Under the pieces are notes generated by a model. That model saw nothing but the letters and a program-made list of their open reading frames with translations. It did no database searches and was not told the DNA's origin. A stretch of DNA of 64,000 bases. Source: a virus. This document shows, piece after piece, positions 1-9,449 of this stretch; positions within the stretch are counted from its first letter, which is position 1; the number at the start of each line of letters is the position of its first letter. Where the stretch lies: positions 19,278 to 83,277 of the IMG/VR virus record IMGVR_UViG_3300020478_001251. One strand, written 5' to 3'. The position numbers were made by a program, and so were the translations under genes.

Positions 1-463
1 CTTTATACATATCAGCCAATTTTACCATTTTTGGTTCATTATTAAAAGGTGTATTCTGATATTCGTATGAATTTAAATTATAAAATTTTTCCATCAATTC
101 AAACCACCAAAGAACTCTTGTCTTTAATGTAAGTTGAACTACAAGTTTATCATAGTTATATAAATTTTCATAAAGAACATCAAAAATATTTTCATTTGAA
201 TTACAAGATAGAGCAAGATTATCCACTTGACACTTTAATTTTTTACCAATTAATGTAGAAAATTTATGTTCATCTCTATATTGTTTATATAATATACCTC
301 TCTCCATAGATAAATCTTTTAAATCAATTTCTAAATTAGGATGGGTTGTTCTTATATTCCATTTCTCATCAATTAAGTTGTGTTTTAATGCATAAGTATT
401 CCATTCAAAAGAATCCAATCCACCACCCTCAGTAAAACTACAACCAAAAAATCCTATCTTCAT
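1..463 (-). CDS. SGNH/GDSL-hydrolase-like protein (3' end runs off the window edge)
   Basis: Not in the ORF track. Manual translation from ATG at 463 (ATGA overlap with the stop at 460-462) gives MKIGFFGCSFTEGGGLDSFEW...NLALSCNSNENIF, the same G-C-S-F-T start as paralogs in the window. Confidence 0.75.
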   Translation of the reverse strand, partial: MKIGFFGCSFTEGGGLDSFEWNTYALKHNLIDEKWNIRTTHPNLEIDLKDLSMERGILYKQYRDEHKFSTLIGKKLKCQVDNLALSCNSNENIFDVLYENLYNYDKLVVQLTLKTRVLWWFELMEKFYNLNSYEYQNTPFNNEPKMVKLADMYK

Positions 464-963
464 GAATCTCTCCTACTTAATATTGGATTAGTTACTGGCC
501 AATCTATTTTTAACATTGGGTCATTCCATTTAACTGATATTTGGTCTTTCCAATCTACATAATCATCTGGATAAGATTGTGTATAATGAAATAAACATTC
601 ATCACTTAAACATAAATGTCCATTTAAAAATCCTGGTGGAACTAAAACACTTTTATGATTTCTATCAGATATTAAAAAAGTATCATATTCTAAATAATTT
701 TCACTTTCTTCTCTAAAATCTACTACAACTAAATATATTTCTCCCCAAACACAACTAATATGTTTCCAAGTTACATCATCTCCATGCAAACCACGAAGAA
801 CATTTTTTCTTGAACGAGTAAACTTAGAAATTTTTTCTGTTGGTGTATCCATTGATTGTTCCCAAAATGTCCACATTTCACCTCTAAACTCATGGTGTGG
901 TTCAGGAACATAAACTTTTACTTCTGGTAAAGTTATTGAACTACTTTCTTTATATTTAAACAT
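460..963 (-). CDS. rmlC: dTDP-4-dehydrorhamnose 3,5-epimerase family (cupin)
   Basis: RG..., SRKNVLRGLH, CVWGEIYLVVVDFR, VLVPPGFLNGH and WNDPMLKIDWP...ILSRRD all match RmlC motifs. Confidence 0.85.
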   Translation of the reverse strand: MFKYKESSSITLPEVKVYVPEPHHEFRGEMWTFWEQSMDTPTEKISKFTRSRKNVLRGLHGDDVTWKHISCVWGEIYLVVVDFREESENYLEYDTFLISDRNHKSVLVPPGFLNGHLCLSDECLFHYTQSYPDDYVDWKDQISVKWNDPMLKIDWPVTNPILSRRDS

Positions 964-2275
964 TTAAATTCTCCCTCATTTGTTTATATGTTTTTAAGGT
1001 AACTTTAGTATGAAAATCAACATACTCTTCTCCATACTTTAATATAAGTCTCTGATTATGAATTAGAATATCCATCATTTGATAATACCAATCATGCATA
1101 TCTTCCTCACTCATACTACAAATACGAATAACTTCATCCGTAAATTTTTGCATTCGTTTTCCATTATCAGATTCATCATCATAACTCTCATCTATATAAG
1201 GTTCAAAAGTTTTAAATCCTAATTTTCTTATTTCTTTTAAAGTTCCTTTAGAACCATGAACTATAAATGGATGAAAATGTAACATAGGTCTCCAAACCTT
1301 TTCAGAAGTCATTCCCATCTTTTCATTAAATGGTGTTTCCGTTACAATTGAAAAATAAGTATTTAAATATGGTTCTTTATTTTCACAACCAGGACCCATA
1401 ACATCTAATAAATTAGGAAAATCAACGGTCAATGGCGACATCTCCATTAAATCATTATAATAATTCATATAAGTTTCAATCAAATCATTATCTCTTCCCA
1501 TTGTATTAACCATCGTTGGTAAATCTGGAAAACCACTATGTCCTAAACAATTTAAATTAGGTATTTTTTCTATTGAGAAACTTATAAGATTATTTTTTAT
1601 CAAATTATTATGATGTAACATAGCCATAACTGCATATCGTGGTGGTCTAATTCTTCTATTAAAACATAAAAATTGATGTTTTCTTTTTTCTCTCCTAAGA
1701 ACATCTGTTCCTGTTACAAATGTTCCTTTACTAAATGCTAAATCTCCACCTTTCATATACATTTGTGAAAAACTATTTACAATTAAAATTGGTTTTTCTT
1801 TTTTTAAACTACACCATCTTTTATACTTTTTAATTTCTGTATAATTATGTCCTGTAATATAATTAACAACATCCGTTGGAACTTCAAATTTATTACACAA
1901 CTCGTGTAAATAAGTAAAAGTTCTAAAATCTACCCTACTTTCTTCAAAAGCAAGTATTGATATAATTCCCTGTTTCTTACGAATCTTATCTAAAGTTTTA
2001 GGTTTTATATGATGAAAAAAACAAAACTCTGCATATTTTTCATCCCTACCAATTAATTTTTCTACAGCACCATATTGATGTATAGGATATATAAAATCAG
2101 TATCAACTTTATCTGATTCTATAATTGGTGTGCTATACTCAAACATTTCATGAACAGTCGGTTCTTTTTTAAAATAATTAGTATATTCATCTACAGATTC
2201 AATATACTTAAAATTTCTTGGATAACCATTTGGTACTGGTTTACCATTTATTATTCTATCATAAGCAAAAATCAT
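956..2275 (-). CDS. putative glycosyltransferase (GT10/exostosin-like phage family), paralog 1
   Basis: FLCFNRRIRPPR followed by YFSIVTET...TSEKVWRPM...PFIV...LGFKTF...IDESYD; this C-terminal signature is shared with three other ORFs here. Confidence 0.5.
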   Translation of the reverse strand: MIFAYDRIINGKPVPNGYPRNFKYIESVDEYTNYFKKEPTVHEMFEYSTPIIESDKVDTDFIYPIHQYGAVEKLIGRDEKYAEFCFFHHIKPKTLDKIRKKQGIISILAFEESRVDFRTFTYLHELCNKFEVPTDVVNYITGHNYTEIKKYKRWCSLKKEKPILIVNSFSQMYMKGGDLAFSKGTFVTGTDVLRREKRKHQFLCFNRRIRPPRYAVMAMLHHNNLIKNNLISFSIEKIPNLNCLGHSGFPDLPTMVNTMGRDNDLIETYMNYYNDLMEMSPLTVDFPNLLDVMGPGCENKEPYLNTYFSIVTETPFNEKMGMTSEKVWRPMLHFHPFIVHGSKGTLKEIRKLGFKTFEPYIDESYDDESDNGKRMQKFTDEVIRICSMSEEDMHDWYYQMMDILIHNQRLILKYGEEYVDFHTKVTLKTYKQMRENLNV

Positions 2276-3241
2276 TTATACCTCATGTCCATAACTTAGT
2301 GGAAACGCATTTCTATAATGAGAACTCTCTTGTGGAACTATCATTTTATATGCTTTAATTAATTCCTGTATCCCATCATCTAAACTATAAGATGGTTTCC
2401 AACCCGTTGATTCTATTTTATCATTACTAACAATATAATCTCGTTTATCAGGGTCTTCAAAATAATCAGAATAAGTTACTGATATATTTGGGATATGATT
2501 CTGTATCCTTTCAACTAATTGTTGTTTATTAATATTAGTATCAGATAAACCTACATTAAATATTTGATTTTTATGTGTATCATAATGTGTAATCATCCAC
2601 TCAAAAACTGAAGCAACATCTTGTATATGAATAAAATTACGAACAAATTGTTTTTCAAAAATAGTGATATATTTATCAGTTAGTAATTTATATACAAACT
2701 CATTTACTAATAAATCTAATCTCATTCTACTTGATACACCAAAGACAGTAGCTAATCTAAATATTATACCATTACTAAATGACTTAATATAATTTTCAGC
2801 ATCACATTTAGTTTGACCATAATGTGAAATTGGTGTAAGTTTATTTTTTTCTGTAACCTCTCCACCAGTTCTACTTCCATATCCACTATTAGTATTTGGA
2901 AATAATAACTTTTGGTCTTTATCAAGATTATCTACTATATCTTTTATATGATGATAATTTATCGCAGTAGCTAATTGTTTATCATTTTCACACGCGGGAA
3001 ATCCCACTAAAGCTGCAAGTGGAATTATAACATCATGTTTATTAACTTGTTCTATCAATAACTTGTAATCACGAACATCACCATAAATAAAATTAAAATT
3101 TTTATTATTACTTAAATCTATTAATGATGTTTGATTATACATCAAGTTATCGATTATTGTTACTTGATTATTTTTTAATAATCTTCGTGTAAGTGCTGAA
3201 CCTAAATATCCAGCACCACCCGTAATCAATATTCTATTCAT
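2276..3241 (-). CDS. NAD-dependent nucleotide-sugar epimerase/dehydratase (extended SDR)
   Basis: ITGGAGYLG Rossmann motif, YGQTK catalytic YxxxK, FRLATVFG, RNFIHIQD. Confidence 0.9.
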   Translation of the reverse strand: MNRILITGGAGYLGSALTRRLLKNNQVTIIDNLMYNQTSLIDLSNNKNFNFIYGDVRDYKLLIEQVNKHDVIIPLAALVGFPACENDKQLATAINYHHIKDIVDNLDKDQKLLFPNTNSGYGSRTGGEVTEKNKLTPISHYGQTKCDAENYIKSFSNGIIFRLATVFGVSSRMRLDLLVNEFVYKLLTDKYITIFEKQFVRNFIHIQDVASVFEWMITHYDTHKNQIFNVGLSDTNINKQQLVERIQNHIPNISVTYSDYFEDPDKRDYIVSNDKIESTGWKPSYSLDDGIQELIKAYKMIVPQESSHYRNAFPLSYGHEV

Positions 3242-3998
3242 ACCAATGTTTTCCTTTTAACTTATATACATCAATTGCCTCTCGTTTCATATGATTACCT
3301 TTATTGAAGTGTGCACCTTTTTTCAAGTACCCACCAAGTAAAGCTCTTCTAAAACGAGTTTTTGATTTATTAGGTTCTGAACCATGAACACAATGAGAAT
3401 GTATGATTGTCATTTGTCCTTTTTTTCCATTACAATATTCCTTTTGAAAATTATGACCTTCAGGCATAACACAAGGTTTACCTCTTTCATTAGTCCAATT
3501 TTTAGGATTTGTTTTTGTTCTCTCTTTATCTACCTCGATAGGTAATAGTGGTAAAAAGTGTGAACCAGGATAACACCATACTGCACCATTCTCTTCATCA
3601 TGGTCTTCCAATGCTATTGAAGTATTTATAACTTCATTAAAATTACATCCAGTATAAAAAACATTCTGATGCATATCTCTTCCTAATTCTCCTGGTTTTT
3701 TAAAATACGCCCAATCTTGTAATCCAATAATTTCATCACACTCTAATAATACTTCTGCAACCTCAATTATTTTTGGATGTACAAAATACTTTTCCAATAA
3801 CTCTGATTCTTTATGTGGATAAGCATATGGTTCATATTCACTCCATTCTCCATTTTCATTTCTTTTTAATCTTAACTTATCAAGTTCATCATTAAGGATA
3901 TCACAAACATACTCATCAAGTATATCAACTTGAGTGAATCCTTTATACAACCAATCTGATTTGATTCGTTGTTTTTCCGTATCTGTTAAAAACGCCAT
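3234..3998 (-). CDS. phytanoyl-CoA dioxygenase (PhyH)-family Fe/2OG oxygenase
   Basis: FKKPG...HQN...IALED...NGA...PGSH...HSHCVHGS..N.S..FRRA. Confidence 0.85.
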   Translation of the reverse strand: MAFLTDTEKQRIKSDWLYKGFTQVDILDEYVCDILNDELDKLRLKRNENGEWSEYEPYAYPHKESELLEKYFVHPKIIEVAEVLLECDEIIGLQDWAYFKKPGELGRDMHQNVFYTGCNFNEVINTSIALEDHDEENGAVWCYPGSHFLPLLPIEVDKERTKTNPKNWTNERGKPCVMPEGHNFQKEYCNGKKGQMTIIHSHCVHGSEPNKSKTRFRRALLGGYLKKGAHFNKGNHMKREAIDVYKLKGKHWYE

Positions 3999-4007
3999 TT
4001 TATCTCC

Positions 4008-4637
4008 TTAAAATACTACCCACTTACCTGTGCCATAATGTGGATAGACCCTCTCATACTGATAATATAAAACATCATCAGGTATAGGACTTCTTTTTTT
4101 CCAAGTTTCTAATGTAGGTGTATTTGTAGATATACCATTATCTTCTACTACAAACTTTATTGGTAAATCAAAGTTTTTAGAATATTTGTAAGCAAGATGA
4201 AAATCTCCTGTTTCAAATGCCATATCTCCAACAAAACACCACACCATCCTATCACTCTTTTTGTTCTTTAAAGATTGTGCAACTCCAACCGCTATAGGTA
4301 GAATACCACCAACGATTGCACTCGATACAAAATTATGAGAAGAATTTGTTAATGTTATACTCATTCCACTTAAAATATCAGATTCTAATTTATCTGGACT
4401 AACACCATGTAATAATGCATGATAATGACTTCTCCAAGTAGAGAATACCCAATCTTCTGGATTTACATATTGAAATATTTCAATAAGTTGTTTTTCATTA
4501 CCACCAGATAAATGAACTGGACCTGTAATTTTCCCATTCTCCCAAGAGTCTTTTATTTTAAGTTCGAATTCTTTTAAGAAATCTTCTGTAAGTGTGATTT
4601 CTCTTTGTTTTTTTAAATCTTTTATATTTTTCACCAT
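4008..4637 (-). CDS. TPP-dependent dehydrogenase E1 alpha-like subunit (short)
   Basis: GPVHLSGGNE, STWRSHYHAL, SAIVGG, CFVGDMA...FVVEDNG TPP-binding region. Confidence 0.85.
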   Translation of the reverse strand: MVKNIKDLKKQREITLTEDFLKEFELKIKDSWENGKITGPVHLSGGNEKQLIEIFQYVNPEDWVFSTWRSHYHALLHGVSPDKLESDILSGMSITLTNSSHNFVSSAIVGGILPIAVGVAQSLKNKKSDRMVWCFVGDMAFETGDFHLAYKYSKNFDLPIKFVVEDNGISTNTPTLETWKKRSPIPDDVLYYQYERVYPHYGTGKWVVF

Positions 4638-5320
4638 ATTTTCTCCAAAAACTTTGTTAAATCTTTTCCCAGTTTTTTATTATCTTCCTTATCTAAATGT
4701 GTAGGAAAATAATTTTCCTCAACACTTGATATATAATTTCTTAAGTCTGTTTCTTTTGTTAATCCAAATGTTAAATCATTTATAGGATGATTTTTTAATG
4801 TTTTACTAAAATGTGAATCTTGATTAGTATATAAAAAAGCACTAAAACAAAAATTAATTTTATAAAATGTTAATATCTGATATAACACAATAGGAAACCA
4901 AGCATTCATTTCAACTCCCCACCAATGAATTGTTTCTATATTATCAACTGATTTGAAATCAATTAAAGCTTTAATATCTGGTAAGTTAAGAACATTACCA
5001 GTTTTTAATTTATATGGATGTTGTATTCTACCTATACTTGATAAACCAATTATAACTTTATCATCTTTTTTTATTTCGTTATTTCGTATTAATTCATTCA
5101 ATTTTACTGAATGATAATACATACTACAACCAGCTTGTGAATGATTTTTTACTTCATCAAAACCTAAATTGTTCTTTACAATATTAATCCATTGATGTGA
5201 ATTATTATATTCCTCTGTTGGGTCAATTGTGTTTTTATCATCTTTGAAAGTAGTCCACCAATCAAAATCACAACAAAAACTATCACCAATTATATGTAAA
5301 GTTTTACTCATAGAAATCAT
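4631..5320 (-). CDS. SGNH/GDSL-hydrolase-like protein
   Basis: IIGDSF block I, NHSQAGCS block II, C-terminal THL..EDN. Likely start at 5311 (MSKT). Confidence 0.6.
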   Translation of the reverse strand: MISMSKTLHIIGDSFCCDFDWWTTFKDDKNTIDPTEEYNNSHQWINIVKNNLGFDEVKNHSQAGCSMYYHSVKLNELIRNNEIKKDDKVIIGLSSIGRIQHPYKLKTGNVLNLPDIKALIDFKSVDNIETIHWWGVEMNAWFPIVLYQILTFYKINFCFSAFLYTNQDSHFSKTLKNHPINDLTFGLTKETDLRNYISSVEENYFPTHLDKEDNKKLGKDLTKFLEKIW

Positions 5321-6254
5321 TATACCATTTTATAGTTTTTCGTATACCTTCTTCTAATGTTGTGTTTGCCTTCCATCCGTATTTTTGTAACATTTTATTA
5401 GAATTTATTTTTCTAATTGGAATCATAGATGGTTTGCCACTAATATGTTCAATTGGTGCTTCATAGTTTTCAACACTCATACAAATATCTAATATTTCAT
5501 TTACACTATAATCTGTACCTGAACCAATGTTTACTACTTCATGTTTCTCATTACAATTTTCCATAACATTTACTAAACCATCTACAAAATCATCAATATA
5601 AATCACATCTCTAATATCTTCACCATCACCCCAAACTTGAATTGGATTATGTTTATCAATCACTTTTCTAATTGTTGCAGGTGTAACATGACATCTATCA
5701 AACTCCCACTTATCATGTGGCCCATAACAATTTGCTGGACGAATCACTAAACAATCCATACTTGGTGATAAATGGTTTGCATATAAATCACACAACACCT
5801 CACCATATCTTTTCATCCAACCAACTGCGTGATAAACTGGATATGGTTCATCAAATATATTCCAAGTTTCATCTACTGATTTTTCATCACTTGGTGGATA
5901 GACCGTTGAACTACTAATGAACACATATCGTAATACTTTATTAAAATATGCAGCTTCAATTAATTGTGTGTTCACTATCACATTTGGTGTAACATGAACT
6001 AATGGTGATTTGACTGTGTCAACCGCATTAGATGTATTAGCTGAACAATTAATAACTACATCCATACCCTCTGTAATTTCCTTACAAAATTCCATATCTC
6101 GTAAATCACCATAAAAGTATTTTACACCATCTACTTCTTTTTTATTTTTATGTATTGTTCCATATACTTCATGTCCATCTTTTAATAATCTTTCCGCAAG
6201 ATTATATCCAATTAAACCTGAAGTACCTGTAATTAAAATTTTCATTAGTACCAC
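5304..6254 (-). CDS. GDP-L-fucose synthase-like epimerase/reductase (extended SDR)
   Basis: ITGTSGLIG, SSSTVYP, RPANCYGPHD, VWGDGEDIRDVIYIDD. The catalytic YxxxK position reads VGWMK. Likely start at 6245. Confidence 0.8.
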   Translation of the reverse strand: MVLMKILITGTSGLIGYNLAERLLKDGHEVYGTIHKNKKEVDGVKYFYGDLRDMEFCKEITEGMDVVINCSANTSNAVDTVKSPLVHVTPNVIVNTQLIEAAYFNKVLRYVFISSSTVYPPSDEKSVDETWNIFDEPYPVYHAVGWMKRYGEVLCDLYANHLSPSMDCLVIRPANCYGPHDKWEFDRCHVTPATIRKVIDKHNPIQVWGDGEDIRDVIYIDDFVDGLVNVMENCNEKHEVVNIGSGTDYSVNEILDICMSVENYEAPIEHISGKPSMIPIRKINSNKMLQKYGWKANTTLEEGIRKTIKWYNDFYE

Positions 6255-7132
6255 TCCTGTATTTTTTCACTTAAATATTTTCCATAAACTTTATGTCCAT
6301 TATAACTTGGATGTGAATCTGAATAAGAATAAGGTTTCGTTCTTTCATTATCATAATATCCAGCTATAAGCCCATCTAAATCTTCTTTAATTATTAAGTT
6401 TTTTTCCTTACAAAAAGTTTTTGGATGTTTTATAAATTTAATATATTCCCATTCTTGTTTAAATAAACTTTTAAACTTTTTAATAAACTTTTTATCATTA
6501 CAAAATTCAAATATCCAACCTGTTTTATCAGGATTGTCATCCGTAAGTATTAATGGTATTTTATTATTTTCACAATGTAACATTATACCATACATTGAAA
6601 TTATTTCTTTTTTAAAATGTAAAACACAATCAGGATTAAATAAGTGTTTATAATAATTTTTTAATGGTTCATAAACAACATTCTTATCTTCATTAGATTT
6701 TAAAGTTTTATAATTTCTTTGACCTCCTGTATTTTCAAACGATTCTAAAATCATTTCTGTAGTCATGTTTGTATTTACTTTTATATAATCATTTAATTTT
6801 GTAGAAAAAAATTCATCTCGTAATCCACCTGGATATTCTAAAACAAATAAAGTATTTAATTCACTATTATTAGAAACATACTCCCAAAACATTCTAACAA
6901 TTCTATTCCAACTACCACCTTGTTGTGCTTTATTAATAACTTCTACATCTAATTCATCTGATACTCTTTGTGGATAAGCCACTTCTTTATGGTGTTTCCA
7001 ATAAACATCCATAATTTCTTTATAACCCTTTATCGGCCAAACTGCATATGAATCTTCTTCACTTGGTATTTCTAATCCACCACCAGCAGTATATGAACAT
7101 CCATTAAAATATATTTTATTGAATTGATTCAT
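6245..7132 (-). CDS. SGNH/GDSL-hydrolase-like protein
   Basis: FNGCSYTAGGG, NKAQQGGS, DSHPSYNGH. Confidence 0.65.
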   Translation of the reverse strand: MNQFNKIYFNGCSYTAGGGLEIPSEEDSYAVWPIKGYKEIMDVYWKHHKEVAYPQRVSDELDVEVINKAQQGGSWNRIVRMFWEYVSNNSELNTLFVLEYPGGLRDEFFSTKLNDYIKVNTNMTTEMILESFENTGGQRNYKTLKSNEDKNVVYEPLKNYYKHLFNPDCVLHFKKEIISMYGIMLHCENNKIPLILTDDNPDKTGWIFEFCNDKKFIKKFKSLFKQEWEYIKFIKHPKTFCKEKNLIIKEDLDGLIAGYYDNERTKPYSYSDSHPSYNGHKVYGKYLSEKIQEWY

Positions 7133-8033
7133 AATATTCTATTGTTTCCTTTATCCCAACTTCCAATGAATGACTTCTTCTGAATCCATATTCTTCCATC
7201 CTTGTGGTATCCATCTGTCTTCTCATATCACCATTTGGTTTTGTTGTATCATAATCTATTTCTTGATTATAATGATTTGCAATTATTTCTGCAATATCTG
7301 ATATTCTAACTTCCTCACCACTACCAAGATTTATTGTATCATTAATTTTATTTTGAACCATATATAACATACCACGAGCAACATCTTTTGAATAAATAAA
7401 ATCTCTTATAGGTGAACCATCTCCCCATACCTCTAATATATCATTGTTGTCGTGATATGCTTTTTTAATTAATGAAGCTATGACCGTAGATTCATCACCA
7501 AAATTATCATAAGGCCCGTAAATATTTGCGGGTCTAACAATGGATATATTTTTATAATCGTTTGTAATACTAATTGCTTCACAACTTAACTCTCCCATTC
7601 GTTTTATATATGCAGGAATTTTATCATTTGGACTTGGAACTTTATTCCATACATCATCTTCTTTATAATACTCACTTGGTGGATAAACACCAATCGAACT
7701 TGTATATAGAAACCAATCTGGTTTCCATTGTCCAACCGCCTGTATAACATTTGTATCAAATTGTAACATCGGTAAGTAATCAGCTGGTGATTCCTTTACT
7801 CTTAATGGTGAACCCTTTATTCCTGCTAAGTGATAAACATGATTATAATCTGCAACGATACTTGCATTAGTTTTAAAGGTCATATCACAAGGTTCATAAT
7901 CAACATTAGCTGGTAAATCTTGTGGAATACTATAACCTACATCTGCAACACAAACTTCATCATAAACTATGGAACACAACTCTGTAAGTTGTCTTCCAAC
8001 CATTCCTCTTCCACCTATTATTAACGCTTTCAT
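7116..8033 (-). CDS. GDP-L-fucose synthase-like epimerase/reductase (extended SDR)
   Basis: GGRGMVG, SSIGVYP, RPANIYGPYDNF, VWGDGSPIRDFIYSKD, KPNG..RR.MD. Confidence 0.8.
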   Translation of the reverse strand: MKALIIGGRGMVGRQLTELCSIVYDEVCVADVGYSIPQDLPANVDYEPCDMTFKTNASIVADYNHVYHLAGIKGSPLRVKESPADYLPMLQFDTNVIQAVGQWKPDWFLYTSSIGVYPPSEYYKEDDVWNKVPSPNDKIPAYIKRMGELSCEAISITNDYKNISIVRPANIYGPYDNFGDESTVIASLIKKAYHDNNDILEVWGDGSPIRDFIYSKDVARGMLYMVQNKINDTINLGSGEEVRISDIAEIIANHYNQEIDYDTTKPNGDMRRQMDTTRMEEYGFRRSHSLEVGIKETIEYYESIQ

Positions 8034-8614
8034 TAGTATCCGTACCTATCTACATATTCAACAAATATACTTGGTTTTGCATTTGGTTCTAAAAACTTTT
8101 TATAAGCAGGAATTATATCTTCAGGAGTTTTTAATTCTACAACATCAACATACTTTAACATTAACTTAAACGCTTCTGTATAATTTGATTTATGTTGTAT
8201 ACCAGGGTCTATCGGTGAACTTGTTGGAACTGCAACTCTAATACCAACTACTGGATTAAAATCACCTTGTGAATATTCTTTAAGTTTATCTAAATGTGTA
8301 CATAATTGATTTGCAGCTAAAATTAAGAAATCCCATCGTGGATAAAAAGATAATGGTCGATAACCATCTAATGCCAATCCATTACAAAACCCAAGTTGAA
8401 ATTCCTCTGCGACTGGCATTTCAATCATTTGTTTCTCTGTAACATTTTTTAATGTAGATGACATAGGATTACCTGGAAAAACTATTTGTTGACCGACAAA
8501 AATAACTCTTTCATCTTTTGATAAAAAAGTCATTGCATCAGTTAAATTATCTTTATAGGTTGATTTTGCATTACCAACTTGAATATTTTTCAAGTCATCT
8601 TTCTTGATGTCCAT
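8033..8614 (-). CDS. TPP-dependent dehydrogenase E1 beta-like, N-terminal (pyrimidine-binding) domain only
   Basis: IEMPVAEEFQLG..GLAL.G.RP, DFLILAANQL, PGIQH, PSIFVE; ends at 193 aa without the transketolase C-terminal domain. Confidence 0.8.
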   Translation of the reverse strand: MDIKKDDLKNIQVGNAKSTYKDNLTDAMTFLSKDERVIFVGQQIVFPGNPMSSTLKNVTEKQMIEMPVAEEFQLGFCNGLALDGYRPLSFYPRWDFLILAANQLCTHLDKLKEYSQGDFNPVVGIRVAVPTSSPIDPGIQHKSNYTEAFKLMLKYVDVVELKTPEDIIPAYKKFLEPNAKPSIFVEYVDRYGY

Positions 8615-8745
8615 AACTATTGCCTCCCATAGACGAAGGCATCTTTAAATGCCTCCCGTTATTTTTTATAGTCTAATAGTGGGTTAGGACTTTCAGGAAT
8701 CTCACCCGAGTTATCACTATATGACTCTTCATATATAAATATCTA
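8615..8745 (-). promoter_or_regulatory. candidate promoter plus structured 5' leader with duplicated SD-like sequence
   Basis: TATAAATA on + at 8734-8741. Sense-strand GGGAGGCA occurs twice (+ strand TGCCTCCC at 8621-8628 and 8650-8657) with a complementary ATGCCTTC between them (+ 8635-8642). Confidence 0.5.
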
Positions 8746-8756
8746 TAATCTCAATT

Positions 8757-9449
8757 TTAATCAAGTTTTTTAATAAAACAAGTGAGCATAAACCTAAACC
8801 AATTTACTACTGGTGTAACTTCATGTGTTGCCTCTGAATTAAAATCTACTACTACCATATCACCCCTTTTTGGTCTGTATTCAAATATTGTTTGATATAC
8901 TGGAGTTTTAGTATAAGTCATATCTTCTTCAAATTTTATAGTGCGTTTTTTAGTTTTTTTTCTACCAACCAAAAGTCCACCACTAGCATTTTCTGGCATT
9001 GAATTTAATGGTATTAAAATTGCACAAATTTTATCGTCTTCATCATCATAACTTTTATCAGAATGAGCTTCTATATGTGAACCTGGTGGATAAATTTGAA
9101 TTTGAGTATGTGTTACACCTAATTTATCTTTAGGTATGTTATAATTTTTTGAAACCCAGGAGGTTATTTTTTCTTTTAATGGCCAATCTGAATTAAAAAA
9201 ATGTAAAGGACGAGTAAACCAAACCTGTGATATTGATTCAATTGTATCATTACGATATTGATATATATCATCAAATTTTATAGTATCAAATTCTTTACGG
9301 AACTGCATTGAGTATTCATTATCAACGAGATTAGCATTAAATGTAACTGAAAAATTATCGTGGTCACCTAAGTTTTCATTAAAAATTTTATCGAAATTAT
9401 CTTTCGTAATATAATTTTCTACTATATAAAAATCATTTTTCATATCCAA
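8757..9449 (-). CDS. 2OG-Fe(II) oxygenase (prolyl-hydroxylase-like)
   Basis: YPPGSHIEAHSD (HxD), GGLL, HEVTPV...RF. Confidence 0.8.
   Translation of the reverse strand: MDMKNDFYIVENYITKDNFDKIFNENLGDHDNFSVTFNANLVDNEYSMQFRKEFDTIKFDDIYQYRNDTIESISQVWFTRPLHFFNSDWPLKEKITSWVSKNYNIPKDKLGVTHTQIQIYPPGSHIEAHSDKSYDDEDDKICAILIPLNSMPENASGGLLVGRKKTKKRTIKFEEDMTYTKTPVYQTIFEYRPKRGDMVVVDFNSEATHEVTPVVNWFRFMLTCFIKKLD

Noticed and set aside
4008-8614. Pyruvate dehydrogenase as an energy-metabolism auxiliary gene
   Set aside because: The subunits are truncated, E2/E3 are absent from the window, and the context is entirely nucleotide-sugar enzymes.
8615-8745. TPP riboswitch or hammerhead ribozyme in the leader
   Set aside because: The required cores (CUGAGA for TPP; CUGANGA plus GAAA for hammerhead) are not present in the correct arrangement on either strand.
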